Assembly: GCA_029953675.1 (NCBI GenBank)
Contig: JAMWBK010000001.1
Coordinates: 930,001-994,000, forward strand
From: Rhodosorus marinus CCMP1338
Taxonomy: Eukaryota; Plantae; Rhodophyta
DNA: 64,000 nt
Direction of reading: 5' to 3'
Both the position numbers and the translations under genes were made by a program. Each line of letters opens with the position of its first letter. The first letter of the stretch is position 1. Under the pieces are notes generated by a model. That model was not told the origin of the DNA, ran no database searches, and was given only the letters and a program-made list of their open reading frames with translations. Below, in pieces: positions 60,523-64,000 of the stretch.

Positions 60523-63500
60523 ATGGATTTCCTATCGTCTGTTGTGAGAAGCGAGGAAGCTGACGTTGGTACGAGTGTTGAGAGTCTCTGTGGTAACGAG
60601 GACGTACAATGTATTATTGGTGCTCCACGAGATTGTGTAGGGGAGGAGTGCGGGAGCATGGTTCCTGGCCTCGTGTTCCCTTTCCTCGCAATTTCCGTCG
60701 GGCTCATTCTCCATCCGTTATCACACAGGTTCCGAGTTCCGTATACGTCAATGCTAATGTTTGTCGGTGTAATACTCGGCTGCCTGGGTTGTTCTGTTCA
60801 GATGGGGCTTCTGACTGAATCCCTGCAACTGTGGGCGCACATAAGCCCACCAACGTTGTTCTTCTACATATTTTTGGCACCGTTGGTATTTGAGGCTGCA
60901 TTTAATACCGATGCGCATCTGTTTGGGAAGTTTATCGGAAAAATTATCTTCCTAGCGTTCGGAGTCGTCGTGGCCCAAATCTTCCTGATTGCAGTATTTC
61001 AGCTGTATGTCATTCAAAGTCCAGATTGGACACTGTACTCGGCCCTTGTCTTTGGCGCAATGTTGTCTGCAACGGACCCCATAAGTGTAACTGCGACACT
61101 CAAGGAGCTTGGAGTGAGCGAGAACCTGAATACTCTTATCGAGGGAGAATCCCTTTTAAACGATGGCAGTGCGGTCGTGTTTTACGAAGCATTTCTCGAA
61201 GGGGCAATAGAAGGAGGGCTCTCTGGGGGAGAGTAAGCGTACAACTTGCGAAAATGTCCAAAAATGACCCCTTTTCGAAACCAATCTGAAAAATAGACCC
61301 TTTAGACCATCAATTTCCAGCCATCCACAGCCGCCATTTCAGGGGCCAGCGCTGCGCTGATACTGCTTGAAAGTATCCGCTGCTTGTTCGTGGGCACCTT
61401 CTAACTTTGTGCCCCTGTGGTTTTTGTTTGGTACGCGACAGGGTCATAGTGCAGCTCTTACGGCTCTCCCTTGGTGGGATGGCCATGGGCCTAGCATTTG
61501 CGCTCGTGGCGATTGTTTTCCTTGCAATGGTCTACGAAATGTTCGAAGTGGAAGTAAGCATGACCCTCGTCGTGGCGTTCCTGGGATTTTGGACCGCGCA
61601 ATCTCCGTCAATTCTTTCCGGCGTTATTTGCAACGTAACAGCCGGCATTATGCTCAGTGCGTACGGGAAAGGACTAGTGTCACCTACCGTTCGAGATCCT
61701 CTGCAAAAAATATGGCATCTGCTTTCCTGGATCGCCAACACTATTGTCTTCGTGTATGCTGGGTTACTGGTTGTAGCCTACATCTGGTCTTGTGCGGGGG
61801 ATCCGTTGGAGTGGTACGACTACGTCCATATCCTGACGTGGTATGCGTTTATAAACGTGCTTCGATTTGGTCTGATCTTCCTGTCCCACCCAATCATGAG
61901 CTACGGGAGTAAGTGGTACAAATGGAAGCAAGCCGCGGTGCTTTCGTACAGCGGACTTCGAGGAGCTGTTACTCTTATTCTTGCCCTGGAAGTCGGTGAT
62001 ACCTCGGAGCTGCCTTCGAGTGTTCGATCTCGAGTGGTTGTGTGGTCGTCGGCACTTGTTGCGATGACTCTGTTCGTTAATGGAATGACGATCAAGAGTG
62101 TTCTGCACTTGCTCAAGCTTGATCGTGCAGATCCCGTCAAGGAGGTAGGTAAACCCACACTCGTTTGTTGAGTCCCGTTCCCGTTGGATTCCCGTACTCA
62201 GTACGCCCACTGTTCTCGATGATTCTGGGTGCCACATGCTAGGAGTTCTTATGGAGGGCGCGGGCGACAATGTTGGAAAAGACGTTTGAAATTCTGGACG
62301 TCGTTGCCATCGATGGAAACTCAAAGACGTGCTCTTGGTCTACAGTTGCGTCCGCGGTAAGTCTCCAAATCAAGATCTGCGGCGACCCCTTGTGGTCCAT
62401 CAAGGAACTTTGAAGGGTTGCACCGGATTGTGTGTACCGATAGAAATGGGAACTCAGCGCATGATCGGTGCAGTGGGCGAGCACCTGCTGGCATGGGTCT
62501 TGCCAAAGAATATTTGGACCAAAAACGAGCTTACTTTCATTTGGCCTTGAACGAATCAGGTTGCACCCAAATCGTGGATCACGGATATCGGAAGAGTCCA
62601 GCGGGCGTTGGAAAGCTCTATGGACGTGGGTCGAGCCTCGACCCTGTCGTCCTACAGACCATCACCTGAAAACCACATGGGAGGTGCTCGTCGGTCTATT
62701 TCGAGGTCAGTTACCGGTCGCAGCAGTATAGCCCTTTCTCGTCCATCCGCGGAGGCAGCGCGTCTCTCCAGGACGAGCTTCGTCGCTTCCAACTCTGACG
62801 CCTCGTCAGTGGGGCGTATTTCCGGAGCATATGTAAGAGGGCCCAGCGATATGGAAGTTCTCGCAGCCAGGCGTGGTTCTGCCGTGGGTCTGGTGGGCTT
62901 CACGGCGGAATCAAAGGCTCGATTGGTCCATGAACTCGAAGAGGAGGTCGGACATCTACAAATTAACCAAGAGATAGGAGAGGCGATTGACGTTGAAGTT
63001 CGGAGAAGGGTGCTCACCTCTCTCTTGTCTGTACTTCGCGAGACCTACGCGACATCAGTCTCCAATTACGTGTTCGTATCCGCGCTGACGGAGGACATAA
63101 AGGATGCCCTGGACGCAAACGACGAAGGAGAGGTGTACGAACTGTTCCAGTTTCTCCTCGACAACCCCACGAAACTGCCCATACCCGACTGGATGGACAA
63201 GAGCTTAAAATGGTTCCACGACAGGTTCGACAAGCTCATGGTAAGATTATTTTCGAAGTCGCGGTATCAGTCGCGAATTGTTCTTGCGACTATGATTTCG
63301 AGTGCTCTTCGGCATGTACTGTGTGAAACGTATCTCCAGCAGTCGGATATCGTCCTTGAGGAGATGAAATCGCTGTACGAAATAACTAGCAGCTATCTCG
63401 CTCAACTTGAGGCAGCCATACCGGACGAATTCGCTCGAGTACAGACCAAGTCGGTAATCGAGCTCGTTTTTCAGAGACAGGCTGCATGCCTGGAAGCGTT

Positions 63501-64000
63501 CCGTAGAGAGGGCTCGATTGACATGGAGGAATTCGAGGAAATACATGAAGAGCTCCTGGAATTGCAGCGGAAATACTTCCTGCATACCTCCAAAATCGTC
63601 CGGAATGTGCAAGAGAAGGAGGAAAAGGACAAGTACCTGCTCAAGAGGCTGCCAATTTTCAATGCTTTGGATACGGAGATATTTAACACCTCCGTGTTGG
63701 AGAAAGGGAGATTCGCACATTTGGGGAAAGGTGAACAGGTTCCTGTAAGTGGGGATGCTGTCGTGTTTGTCTTACGCGGAGCTGTGCGAATTGAGAAATC
63801 AGCGACCTGTGCTATTGGTGATATGGGTCACTCTGTTAGTCTGCCATCAGTGATTGATGTCAAGACGAATGTGGACAGCCTCCCGCTCCATATGTGCTTT
63901 CAGAAATATAGTGTTGTCTTGCCCGTGGACTTCTTTGCGGAGTCTTCTCACAAGCTACCCGCGCTTTCGACTTGCCACATTATTGGGGGAGCGTCTGTGT
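60523..64000 (+). CDS. SOS1/NHX7-like Na+/H+ antiporter, copy 2; 3'-partial (runs off the window)
   Basis: Same motifs and same three intron positions as copy 1. The exon from about 62560 (VAPKSWITDIGRVQRAL...) aligns to copy 1 (VVPEGWVQDVGKLRRAL...), and the segments I translated show no stop. Confidence 0.9.

Overview
Gene-dense, intron-containing eukaryotic nuclear DNA. Short GT-AG introns of about 50-200 nt with CTRAY-type branch points split most genes, so the ORF track fragments them. The compact layout and N-terminal M-x-(x)-F-V/M-x-x-x-F plastid transit peptides suggest a unicellular red alga (inference; Rhodosorus-like is only a guess). I can support about 21 protein genes: MsrB, a YafP-like GNAT, DIS3L2, a DCAF15-like protein, CSN6, an MRPL45/Tim44-domain protein, the DNA polymerase epsilon catalytic subunit, a Cys/His-motif protein, Cpn10, an RlmL-like THUMP methyltransferase, RPE, a URC1-URC4 fusion, DDX56/DBP9, a PPR-like protein, UFL1, an unknown helical protein, a six-knuckle CCHC/Gly-Tyr-Arg protein, Mog1, a plastid two-ACT protein, a plastid membrane protein, and two tandem SOS1-like Na+/H+ antiporters (the second runs off the window). 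I saw no rRNA, tRNA, CRISPR array or intact transposon. The most notable items are a single-polypeptide fusion of the uracil-catabolism proteins URC1 and URC4 with a mitochondrial-like presequence, and a full-length DCAF15-like CRL4 receptor that the ORF track splits into three pieces. All family assignments come from motif recognition by eye, with no database searches. Exon boundaries were read manually.
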